A program made the translations under genes and the position numbers. DNA of 64,000 bases from Paraspadella gotoi (taxonomy: Eukaryota > Animalia > Chaetognatha): positions 1,628,537 to 1,692,536 of the forward strand of contig CM119269.1 of the NCBI GenBank assembly GCA_051294375.1, written 5' to 3'. The notes below the pieces were generated by a model. That model saw only the letters and a program-made list of their open reading frames with translations, was not told where the DNA came from and did no database searches. How positions within the stretch are numbered: position 1 is the stretch's first letter; every line of letters starts with the position of its first letter. Below are positions 25,718 to 38,300 of this stretch, piece by piece.

Positions 25718-26997
25718 GATTGAGGATTCGCTTTCTGTTTGTCGCGGGGGGGGATTGTATAATTATGAAATTGAAACAACCAAAATTATTGATTCTTTAA
25801 ATAAATAAGCTATTTTGCCCCTGACTTTGGAAACTGGACACTGGACACATTGGACACATTGGACACAGTGGACAGGCTATAGTGATTTAAGACCTCCGTC
25901 ACTCTTACAAGATAATGACATAGCAGGTCCCTGCAAGACTCGCTCACAGTCTCGTTTTTTCGCTCCCAGAGTAGCTGGCTTCCCTATCAATGAAGAGGAA
26001 CCTATCATTTTTTAAAGAATGTTTCAATTGTTTAGAAGGACCTCTCCCATGATGGAGAAGAATGAAAGACAAATTTAAGAAGAATGAAAAAAAAAGAAAG
26101 ATACGAGAGAAAGGAAATAAGGAAAAAGGATATAAATTATACTTAAATGTTTGAGTCGAGAATGATAAACTGTTTTAATTGAGGGTGATACAGATTTTGG
26201 CTAAAATTGACTCTGACCCAAAGTTTCGTTTTGATTTTATAATTAAGAAGGAAATTTTGTAATTAGAAATTTATTACTTTCAAAGTTAGATTGAGTGCGG
26301 GAGAATAAGTTAAGATTTCGGAATCTCTTTGATGCCATAAATGAAAGTTCTGACATTTAATCTTGTTTCTCGCAATTTCCAATTCCACCCACGACATTCT
26401 CGTATCAATTTCTCCTTTTCCATTTCGCTTTCCCACTTTTCCACTTCAATCAGCAACTTTAATTCTCCCCATTTCATCTTCTAGTTCTCATTCACACTTG
26501 TTAATTTCATCGTTTCCTTTTATCCGCCAGACGTAATGGCTCACACTGGCTGCCGCCATTCGGTCAAACGACTCGTCTTAATCTCCTCGCGCCCGCTCGA
26601 ACCACATAGAGGCCGTTGTTTCTCTTCATTAATTTGTCGGCCAGTGAATCGCTTTCTCTCCGTCTTTCCCTTCTATTCTCGTATTATTTCCATAAGATGG
26701 GCTTTTTTTTTAGAATGAAAACATCGAAACAAAAGAAGCGGACTTGATCAGAGAGAGAGTTATTTTCGTCGGAGGGAGGGCGAGAGACGCTGTTTAGTTG
26801 AATCGTTGATGAAGCTGTCGAACAGAAGCGGCGGCGGAAGCGGCGGCGGAATCGGCGGCGGCGGTGGCGGCGGAGGAGGAGGAGGAGGTTGAAGAATCAA
26901 ATCTTTGTTGTACGGGATAGAATAGCGTTGTAAAAATTCTAAATTTAACTTTAATTAAAATTCTTTGTGGTATAATCCTTTCTTTTCGTTGTGTAAT

Positions 26998-27146
26998 AAT
27001 TAGAAGAGTTTGAAATGAATTTTCAACAACGATTTTATTTTTAAACTTTTTAATGCTGATGAAGGCTTGTAGTTAAGCCGAAACATGTCCGTTTTTTATT
27101 AAAAATAAAATCGTTGTTGAAAATTCATTTCAAACTCTTCTAATTA
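26998..27146. mobile_element. PLE pseudo-LTR remnant: ~47-bp near-perfect inverted repeat bracketing the hammerhead
   Basis: AATTAGAAGAGTTTGAAATGAATTTTCAACAACGATTTTATTTTTAA is the reverse complement of about 27099-27145. Confidence 0.7.
27051..27094 (+). ncRNA. Minimal type I hammerhead ribozyme of the PLE kind
   Basis: TAATG-CTGATGA-AGGCTT-gtagtt-AAGCC-GAAAC-AT-GTC-CGTT. Core boxes intact; helix I is AATG/CGTT; predicted cleavage after GTC at 27089. Confidence 0.85.
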
Positions 27147-27704
27147 AAATTCTAAAAGTGAGGAACGAACAACATTATACTAAAAAATTTTATAATAAAT
27201 TTTCAATTTACTCAGAAGGCCTTACTTAATTTAGTAATAATCCAATAAATATTAAAATTTCAAAATATTTTTTTTGTCAGATTTTTTTGCAGTTTTGGAT
27301 TCGTGATGAAAAGTTGATATAAAGAAGTATAACTCTTTTTTAAAAATTCAAATATAAAAAAGAACCTATATTTTAAATTGAAAATTAAAATTTTATATAT
27401 TATATATAGTTTTTTTAATTTTTAACTCAATGAAATATTTTTTTAAAAATGATTTAGATTTTATAAGGATAGTACTATATATAAATATAGCCTACTGCGA
27501 AAATTGAAGAATATAATTTTTTTTTTACAAATTAATGTTCACTGATGGTATGTTGTTCAATGTTCAATGTTCATAATTAGCATTTAGAATTTTCGAATGA
27601 AACTCTCACTACGCTCTAGTGTATAGTATATAGTGTATAACTTGTAGAAGATTTAATTCGGGATCCGGCCCAGTCCGTCCTTCTTATCAAATCCTTATCT
27701 CCGT

Positions 27705-28224
27705 GTGATGAATTGATGATGAATTGATGAATGAATTGATGACGAATTGCTTGATCCCTTATTCTTCATAAAATATAAAGTCAGTTGTGACCGTTGGTTG
27801 TCACGGCAACGAAAAGCGACCGTAATTCTACGCCTCGTTTGTGACCAAGACGACGACGATAACGAAGCTCTTCTCCCCCACACAATCTCATTACATCCCT
27901 CCCTCCCGCCGTTGATGTCTTCATTCCAATTCCATTATCCCATATTCCCATTCCATCAGAGAGCATGGTGATGAACTTGAATGAATATTGATGAATGAAT
28001 TGATGACGAATGCTTGATCCCTTATCCTTCATAAAATATAAAGTCAGTTGTGACCGTTGGTTTGTCACGGCAACGAAAAGCGACCGGTAATTCTACCGCC
28101 TCGTTTGTGACCAACGACGACGACGATAACGAAGCTCTTCTCCCCCACACAATCTCATTACATCCCTCCTCTCCCGCCGTTGATGTCTTCATCCAATTCC
28201 ATTATCCCATATTCCCATTCCATC
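27705..28224. repeat. ~270-bp direct tandem duplication
   Basis: About 27705-27958 is repeated at about 27985-28224 with small indels. Confidence 0.85.
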
Positions 28225-28253
28225 TCTTTTTTCTTCTCTTCTCTCTCTCTCTC

Positions 28254-28297
<44 letters not shown>

Positions 28298-29064
28298 CTC
28301 TCTCAGAATCCATTTTTTCTGAGTTGAAGAAAAGATTTTATGTAATGGAATTTTTTTTTTTTTTTTATTAGAAATTTTTGTTTGTGGGTGAAGCAGAGTC
28401 TAGGAGTCCTGAAGCTGAAGCCTGGAACCGAGGACCTTTGGAACTCTCTCTCTCTCTCTCCTCTCTCTCTTCTCTCTCTCTCTCCTCTCTCCTCTCTCTC
28501 CTCCTCTCTCCTCTCTCTCTCTCTCTGGTCCGCCCCGCCCTCGTTTTCCCAGTCATAAAAAATTCCCCGCTGGTTTTTCTCACCACGCTGGAAAGTCATT
28601 ATGCGGTGAAGAGGAGGCGCGTGAGGCGCGGCGTCCACCCGCTCNNNNNNNNNNNNNNNNNNNNNNNNNCCCCGCCGTGAGAAGCGATCGGCGAAAGAAA
28701 AAAACCTCGAGCGAGACAGAGTGACTGGGGAATCTTAAAAGAGGAGGGAGAGAGAGCGAGACGGAGACAGCGATGGAGAGAAACCGTTCGTGCAGGATGT
28801 ATCGTTTCTGAGGTTCGAGAGTTTGTATATTGTTTCGTAAAAAAATCTGGAGGACGAGTTGTGAAGAAATGCTGTCGAAATCGTTCACGTGAACCGCGGT
28901 GTAATCCAAGAAAATTGTGATGAAATAGAGAGGAAGGCGAAGAAACGAAGAAATTTAGAAAAGAAGAAAAGAAGAAATGGAGGAAATGGACTTTGGCGTT
29001 CGAGAGGAGAACAACGACAAAATGGAAGACTATCGTGGAGCTGGAAACGCGCGAGAGCGAGAAC

Positions 29065-29173
<109 letters not shown>

Positions 29174-29956
29174 GCGCGAGCGCGTGAAAGGAAGAGGAGA
29201 AGGAAGAAGAGGATGCTGGAGATGATGGAAAGGCGTCGATTCCATTAGGAATCGCGAAAAAAATATTAATAACTTAACTTTAATGGAATTAAATTTATTA
29301 TTAAAAAACGTATTGCCGAGCTTATTCTCTTTTTAAAAGGAAAAAAAGAGGCAATGGAATAAATTAATGCCCGGAAGTGAAAAAAAGCTGGTTGAGTAAT
29401 TGTCTGATGTATCATGGAAAATGAATTTACATGAAACTTCTTGAGTTAATAAACATATCTGTTACGTAAAAAGATTCATGATTAGAAACAACTTTTCGTG
29501 GAATTAATTCTCACATCATACAGTATGATTTTTTTCGTTTGTCACATTTCCTGTGGAAGTATCTCAGAATCCCTTAACCCTAGAGACTTGAGTTATGGCT
29601 AATTTTGTAGCCCGCCGTCTGGCATTTTAGAATATATCAATTTTTATATAATTCTAATACGTCATTAGTATTAACTTCTTGGCCCCAATGTGATGAATTT
29701 GTAGACCAACTTATGATTTCTTTCACAAAGTTACAATCAGTTAAAACTTAGGTAAATTTAAAAGATATAGTATGCAAAATGTTGCAAGATATATATACAT
29801 ATGTTATGAAGGAGAAAAAAATAAAAGGGAAGGTGAATGGATGAATGAATAAATGATTGAATGAATGAATAAACGAATGAATGAATGAATAAATAAATGA
29901 ATAAATGATTGAATGAATGAGTAAACGAATACAGGAACGAAAAAAACGGTTGTGAA

Positions 29957-29997
<41 letters not shown>

Positions 29998-31074
29998 GAG
30001 AGAGAGAGAGTGACTGACCTGTTGTTAGCAGAGGCCATTGAAGAGAAGGCCCCCGATCAGTTCCTCCACTCCTGGGGTGGGGGTTCTGAGCGGCTCGATC
30101 TTCGCCAGCCTCGTTTCGCCTCAGCGCCACATCGAGGCTTCCGGTCCCAATTTTGTTCTTTTATTTTTTTTTCCTTTTGTCTTTGCGGAATTTTTCTTTC
30201 TTTTTTGAGCATCGATGCTGTCATTTGAAAAAAGGGAAAACTTATTAAACAGGCGTTCGATCTAACGTGAGTGAAAACAACTCGGAATAGCAATTCAGTG
30301 CTGTTGGCAACCGTTGGCAACAGTTGGCAACTGTGGTGCGTCGCTTTAACTTTTTTAATTATTTTTTAAAAAATATATGATTAAAAAATATAAAATAAAA
30401 AAAATATTCCATAGTTAATCGATCATCATTATCGCCAATATAGTATTCTAATTAACTCAGTATAAAATGTATAAAAAAGAATTTTTGTTATCAAAATTTG
30501 TAAATTACTTTTTCACTATTTTCTATTTTTATATTTTAATATTTTAATATTTTTATGAAGGATTTACTATTTAATCTATATTATTTAATCAAATATATAT
30601 TTCTTTCTTTTTTAAAAATGTTTTATTTATCTAATAATTCAATTTGGGAAGGGGAAGTCAGTGTTGTCTTCTGGAAATAGAAGGAGCATCTATACAACAC
30701 AAGGTTAGATTACTATCTGTCCTAGTTTTCTAATAGATATCACACATCATTTCTGTTAGAAAGTCATTAATGAAAAATTATAATATCTAAGAGGTGGGAA
30801 TGGATAATTTTTTGAGGGGGGACCAATGTTATATATGATTTTTTTTTTACCAATAGGGATAAGACTACCATGTAGAATTGTATGTTCTGATAGGGATACA
30901 TACTGGGGAAAGGTCTATAGGGGTACCTTTATGTCATGAATATAATTTTAAAATACTTTAATCAAAATTATATTTTTTCTTTATGCTACATTTTAATTAT
31001 TTCTTTTTTGAATATTTTTTACGGTTATTATATTCTTAAGAAATTATAAGAATAATTATATAAATATGAAGCAA

Positions 31075-31456
31075 ATGCATGTAGTAGGGAATTGCAATAT
31101 TTTCACCCCGCCTATAAGCACGACACCTTCAGTCATAACCTGGTTGATCATTGAATAATACCATCAGCCCTAAGGGAAGCGTGAGGACGTTCGTAAGCCT
31201 CGAGCCTGGTTCCAAGCTGCAATGGAACAGTTTCTGGGTTTTGGACCTGTCTTGAAGGCTTTCCACGCCCCCAAAGGGGTTATAGCCGTCCTCACACTTC
31301 CTGCAGGTTAGGTTCCATTGGGATTCGATCACGGTACCTAAAGCTCATCAATGAGTCATCATGCTGATGGTATTACTCAATGAGCCTCTGGGTTACGACT
31401 GAACGTCTCATGCTTCTCGGCGGGGTGCACATGTTGCAATGCCCGACTACATGCGT
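31075..31456. other. ~380-nt fold-back element: long imperfect terminal stem with a branched, pseudoknotted core (structured RNA or long-TIR MITE)
   Basis: 31075-31168 pairs with 31363-31456; 31174-31189 pairs with 31287-31302; CAATGGAAC 31220-31228 pairs with GTTCCATTG 31312-31320. Confidence 0.6.
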
Positions 31457-32667
31457 ATCAAATCAACACATAACATATATAAATTAACTGTTGACCAATT
31501 ATCAATTAAATTGATTTAATATTGTAAAAGTTTTGGAATATAAAATGTATGAACAAAAGATAAATCGAGAGACAGACCGACCAAAAAGTAACTTATGAAG
31601 TTGCTCTGCGAGTATTCGCGGCGCAATCGTTTATAGAACGTCCAAAGAGGAGAGAACGATCGCTAATCCTTTCATGGTTTTACTTTTATTCGCCATCTGG
31701 CGGTGAGACGGAGTCCGTCACTAATGATTCCTGACCTTCGGGCATTAAGCGGTTAAACGTAATTAGTATTTAGTCCATTAGAAAACTGTATAATGCAGTA
31801 TAAAGTGAAATATGTACTTTATAAACTTAATATATATTCCCATTTCATACATACTTTTGACAACTAATTTACAGTGACGCAATGAGCAGAAGTAGCTCCC
31901 GTGATTTTGAGAAAGAAAATAAAGTACTACCATTTATAGTTATATAGTTTTCTATACATTTATTTTACATATGTATCGTCAAAGATTAGCCGCTTGTTCA
32001 CCTTTTACCATCGCACACAAAATTACGTTCTCTCCTTTTGTATGACGTCATGGAAAAATCAGGGAAAAGTCGAAAAGTAAACCAAAGATTTTTTTTTCAA
32101 AATACAAAGCGAATTTAAACATAATGTGGACAAAATGAGAAACCATTCAAGGACAAAGATTAAGGATGAAAGAAAAAGCTGAAAAGTAAAGACGAAGAAA
32201 AGAAACAGAAGAGGAAAATTCTTTTTTTTTTTTTTTTTTTTTGCAATATTTTTCGAGCGATTTGACGCAAAAGCGTCCTCTCTCTTTTTTTTTCTTTCTT
32301 GACGCTCACCGACCTGGCGTCACCGTTGATCGTCGTCCACATCGTCACCGTCGTCGTCGTCGAAGCACGGCTACGGGGCGTCGCATATTTTTTCGCTCTC
32401 GTTTCCTCTTCACGGATCGCGATTGGACGATCGATCGGCGGCGAGCGACGCTGATTGGACGGTTTTTGTCAGTATCCGGCTTCCACGTCGCCGGGCGGAA
32501 CAATATGGCGTGAAGGCCAGGCTGCGAGGAAGAGGAGGGGGAAGAGGAGGAGGTGAAAGATGCATCGAGCGGCACGAGCGCAAACGCTTCAGCGATCTCG
32601 GATTGTGGGCGGAAAGGTGGGGGCGGGGGACGTTGTTGTGGAGAGAGAGAGAAGAGAGGGAGGGAGG

Positions 32668-32736
<69 letters not shown>

Positions 32737-32769
32737 GGAGGGAGAGGAGAGAGAGAGAGAAGGGAGGAG

Positions 32770-32818
<49 letters not shown>

Positions 32819-33605
32819 AGGAGAAGAGAGAGAGAGAGAGGAGAGAGAAAGAGAGAGAGAGAGAGAGGAGAGAGGGAGGGAGGGAGGGAGGAGGGAGGAG
32901 AGAGAGAAATAGGGAGGGAGGGAGGGAGGGAGGGAGAGAGAGAGACAGGGAGGGAGAATGAAAGGGAAAAGAGAGAAAAAGAGGGAAAAAGAGAATGGAA
33001 AATATAGAACGATTGAGAAAAGAATAATGTGATGATAAAACAAAAGGCACTGGTGATGACAATGACATTTTCAGAAGAGAAAAATCATGCGAGTGATAAG
33101 AAAATAAATTTACCGTCTGTACATAAAAACAATTAAACTAATTACCTGGAATGATTTTGTTAACGAACACAGATTTTCTATCCTGGGTAAAAATTTAAAA
33201 ATTCAATATGGCGACCGAAAATCAAGCGCGTTGACAAGGCGTAGAAGATTTTATACGTACGTATGACTCATGTTTCCTCCAACCTTTGACAAAATTCCAA
33301 ATGTGTTTATTCAGTGATTAATAATCACTTTTTGATATTTGAAGAAAAAGTAATTTTTTCAACGAAGAACAGCGTTTAATATTTTTTTAATATTTTCTAC
33401 TAGCAAACTGTCATATAAGTAATAATTAGAGTTTCCTAGTTAAATAATTCTCACGAAAAGACGATCCTATGAAACGTATTTTTTGACTAAAAAATTTAAT
33501 TAGTTCCAAAAATTACTTTAATAGAAACCGGAAGTTATGAATTTACAAATATTTTTTTTTAAAATTGGGTACGAGTCTGTTATCTTTCATAACCGAAGGA
33601 CGTTT

Positions 33606-33681
<76 letters not shown>

Positions 33682-34814
33682 TCCTCGAACCTTCGTATCT
33701 AGTTACATCCGGGTAATCGTAGTCCTCATAGCTTCCAAAATCGGCCGCCCTGTTTCTGCGGCGCTGTCCCCAGTTACTCCTTCCGACTGAGAACAATAAT
33801 TTGCCATGACGCGGACGTCACGCAGGCGTGGCGCGATTGGGGCGCGATTGGGGCGCGATCGTGGCGCGATTGTGGCGCGATCGTGTTGCGAGAATCGTCG
33901 TTGGCGCGGTTGTGGATGACGTGATCGAAGGCATTATATCCGTAGAAGAGGAAAGCATTAATCGGAAAATAGAAAACAAGTGGAGATAAAAATGCGATGA
34001 TTAGAAATGGGAAAACCGGTACTCAGCGATAAAAATGATGGGAAGGGAAAAGAGAGGGGAGAAAAGTAAAAGAAAATATGATTGAAAGAAATAAAGAAAG
34101 AAAGAAAGAAAGAAAGAAAGNNNNNNNNNNNNNNNNNNNNNNNNNNNNNNNNNNNNNNNNNNNNNNNNNNNNNNNNNNNNNNNNNNNNNNNNNNNNNNNN
34201 NNNNNNNNNNNNNNNNNNNNNNNNNNNNNNNNNNNNNNNNNNNNNNNNNNNNNNNNNNNNNNNNNNNNNNNNNNNNNNNNNNNNNNNNNNNNNNNNNNNN
34301 NNNNNNNNNNNNNNNNNNNNNNNNNNNNNNNNNNNNNNNNNNNNNNNNNNNNNNNNNNNNNNNNNNNNNNNNNNNNNNNNNNNNNNNNNNNNNNNNNNNN
34401 NNNNNNNNNNTTGGTCTGAAATTATACAAAATGTCAAATGCGTTGAGGAAGACTCGAAACAGTCGAAACATGTCTGTTTTTTTCGCTCAACAAAAATCGT
34501 TGTCGAAAAGAACAAACTTTCATTTTTCTAAGATAAAAAAAAGAAGGAAAAGTAATTTTGCCTTCACTTCATAATAATGAAAAATATTTTGCCATCACGA
34601 AGTCTCCGACTTTAAATATTAAAACGCAAGACAAAAAAAAAGAAAATAAAAATCGTTGTAAAATGAAATGAAAGTAATGAAATCTGCCCTTTTTTAGATT
34701 CTCGATAATAACTTTTCTTTTCCCCGTTGCTATTTTGTTTTCCTTTTATTTCAATTCTTGACTTTTTGGGACAAGTGACGTCATAGATGCGAACCAGAGG
34801 CCCAATATTCTTCG

Positions 34815-34828
34815 GTTGTCTTGACAAC
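34815..34828. promoter_or_regulatory. RFX X-box candidate upstream of RSPH4/6
   Basis: GTTGTCTTGACAAC fits RYYNYY-WW-RRNRAC, about 310 bp before the ATG. A CRE palindrome (TGACGTCA) and a CCAAT lie within 40 bp upstream. Confidence 0.6.
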
Positions 34829-35097
34829 GAGATCAACTAATAAAACACGAAATCGCTCTTCCAAGAAAAGCTCCCATTATAAAACCCATGATATTAATAA
34901 AAATAATAATAAAATGTATTTTAGTGTATAAGCAATTAGGTTTTTTCTTATTTAAGATTTTCTGCGTCACCTTCTGCGGATTCGACGATCTATTACAGTG
35001 GAATTATTTTAAGACTACGAAATTTTTCAATATAAATTTTATTTCTTTTTTTTTTTACAATAGAAAATTTGATAAATAAAAATTGTCAATTACTGCA

Positions 35098-35131
<34 letters not shown>

Positions 35132-35136
35132 AGAAA

Positions 35137-35280
35137 ATGGGAACGGAAGCGCATCCCTTCTCCGTGGGCGGCCTCACGGAGAAGGACTTCATCAACGCCA
35201 AAGCCTTTCTCTGAAATCTAGCACGCAGTCAATCAGAACCTCTACGATCAAAGGAGTCGATCATTCGAAAGTGAAGAGAG

Positions 35281-35340
<60 letters not shown>

Positions 35341-38300
35341 GAGAAGAGAGAGAGAGAGAGAGGAGAGAGGGAAACGCTTTACTCTTTTATCTTTCAATGA
35401 AGCCCTTTTGTCAGCTTTTCTTTTTAAACCCGTGACTTTTCCACCCATTATTTCACCTTCTAACCCATCGGCCATCTTTACCCTATTCACCCCCTTTTAC
35501 TCGAACGACTTCCTCAATCGACTTCCCCTTTCCTTCCCTGGAGATCACTCCCGTTGTTACGAGTCTGGTGAAGTGAATCCTCACACCGCGTGAAAGATTC
35601 TTTTCCAGCTGAGAAATTAAGACGCGTTGGAATGGAATCGTCGTCGTCGTCGTCGGAAATCGCTTTCTCTAAATTTAATGGAATCGTAAAAAGCGACGTC
35701 GATGTGAACGAACTCGACGACGACGACGACGAGGAAAGTGACGACGATTTTCGCTGACGAGGAACACGATCGTGATGAGAATGAATTAAGGATGACAACG
35801 ACGAGAGAGTAACGATGACAACGACGATTTTCTCACAGGTTCTCGACGAACAACCGGACAACGTCGTCGACACCCTGGAGGACATTTCTAAGGAGATCAA
35901 GCGGTCAAAGTTCACCGCGGCGCCCGACACAATCTTGGACAAGACGGAAAGGTGAATTGAAAGCGAAAGGATGGATTGAAAGCGAAAGGATGAATTGAAA
36001 GCGAAAGGATGAATTGAAAGCGAAAGGATGAATTGAAAGCGAAAGGATGAATTGAAAGCGAAAGGATGAATTGAAAGCGAAAGGATGAATTGAAAGCGAA
36101 AGGATGAATTGAAAGCGAAAGGATGAATTGAAAGCGAAAGGATGAATTGAAAGCGAAAGGATGAATTGAAAGCGAAAGGATGAATTGAAAGCGAAAGGAT
36201 GAATTGAAAAAAGTCGCGGATGAAGCGTGAAGGTGAATTGAGATTTTGAGATGACTTTCTTTCTCGTCCCAGGTCGACGGAGGTGTCGCTGGCGGAGATG
36301 CAGCAAAAATTGTTTTTAGGTAAGCGACGATTATTATTTTTTTTTCTCACTCAACCTTTTTTTTAAACATTTGTCCGTCTTAATTTAAAAGGTAAATCAT
36401 AATTGTATAAAACAAAAATCGTAGTATGTAAGATTTCCAGCCAATTTTTTTATAATGTAAAATTATTTTCCTGACAACTTCTAAAGTCCTCGCTGTTTCT
36501 CTCGGTTAACAACATCATTTACGTCGTCGTCGTCGTCGTCGTCGTCGCAGCTGGCGAAAGTAACGTCTTTATCTCTCCTGTCATCCGCGTAGCGCCACCT
36601 GCGATAGACGTGTTTCATCCCGAGTTGTCGTTGTGATCGTCTCTTAAGAAAAGAAATCTTTTTGACGCAAAAAAGATGACGTGAACAAAAGCCAAAGGCG
36701 ACGAAAAGTAAAAGATAATGAGGAAGACGATCGATGGAATAGAAAAAAAAATTATAAAAGGTTTAGATTCGAGGTGCAATGACCTAATATCGCGACGTCT
36801 AAATCTGGGGGGAAATGAGAAAATGCTCGTTCAGGGCCTTGGAGTCGAGCGATTTCGACTAAACGGAGCAATTTCGACCATCAAATTTCCCACCCCAAAA
36901 TTGGTCTAATAATAATAAGTCTCTCAAACCATTTCGAAAAATAATTTTAATAATGGAACAGGCGAGGATCCGGACAACGAAACTGAGGGTGAAGACGAGA
37001 GCGACACGCCGCTGCCGAATCTCATGGAACTCGTCTTTTTTTTCGAGCAGGTAAGGAACTGGTAGGGTAAGGTAAAGTAAGGCGGGCAAGAAGGAAGGGG
37101 ATGTTTATTTGGAGGGAGAAGTGCTGGGGCGAGGTTGCGTGGGGAGATTCAAGTATCCCAAAAATTATATCAAATTGGTAAAACCAATATACAATTTTTT
37201 TGTTAACAATTCTCGAAATTTAGATAGAAAACAATTTTTGTTTTGAAAATTGATAAATTTAAGCGGTAATAAAGAATTTAGGAAACATTAATTGCCTGTA
37301 ACTTTTGTCCAAATTAAGGATAATCACCTCTATGATTAAACTCTTTAAAAACATCATTAACACCTATCAATGTTAACAATTTTTCTCTCATTAAATTTAT
37401 ATAATTATATATCATTTCTAAAGATCCATTTTCTTTCCGTTTAGGCGGGAATCGGTCTGGCGAGAGAAGAAATGTTCAGGTAAACGAAGATGCTGTTTTT
37501 AATTGAATCGTCGCCTTCATGCGTTTGAAACCCAACGACTTTCCCCCCCCACCCCCCTGAAGGATCTGGCTGGCGCTCAAGCTCCTCGTCGAGCAGCACC
37601 CGCTGCAGAACGTCCGTTTCTGGGGGAAGATGTTCGGAACGGAGGCCAACTACCTCGTGGCCGAAGTAGAGTACAGAGAAGGGGAGGAGGAGGAAGAAGA
37701 GGAGGAGGAAGAGGGAGAAGGGGAGGAGGAGCACACGGAGAAGGAGCAGGAGGAAGAGGACGGGGAGGAAGGCGAAGCGGACGACGTCCCTAAACCGGAC
37801 TGGAAGCCGCCGCCCACGGGTCAGATGTTATTTTGGCCTTACTTTGCTTTTAAGTTGCGCCGCGAGTGACTTTTCGGTCCGTCGGTCCGTCGGTATGTCT
37901 GTCACACTTACGTTAGAAATGTTCATAACTTGCATATAGTTTGGTTGCTCAATACTCATTCGTTAAGAAGGGAAAATCCTCAAATTTAAGTGACTACTAG
38001 CGCCGCCTTCAGGAAATCCAAAAACTATAAAAAACAAAAGACGGATTCCGATGCAGTGCGTGTCGTAAATACATGGGCAAAGAAAGTTATTGTAGTCATG
38101 TAGTCATGTCATTTCATGTCATGTCCTGTCATTTCACGAAAAATACATGTCACTGCGGCGCAAAATATTTGAATTAACGTTCTTGTTTTGAATATGTTTC
38201 TGTTACTTTTTTACTAATTTATCTTTTCCCACTTTTTCGCCGCAGTTTTGAAGGAAGACAACAGAACTGGAGTCAACAAGAAGACTTACTTTGTCTGCAA

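Noticed and set aside
30304-30332. Triple GTTGGCAAC as X-boxes
   Set aside because: A short tandem repeat of half-site-like sequence without correct X-box spacing or an adjacent identified ciliary gene.
35514-36350. 278-aa and 133-aa repeat ORFs, or a CRISPR-like array
   Set aside because: A head-to-tail 19-bp intronic minisatellite with no unique spacers; eukaryotic context and no cas genes.
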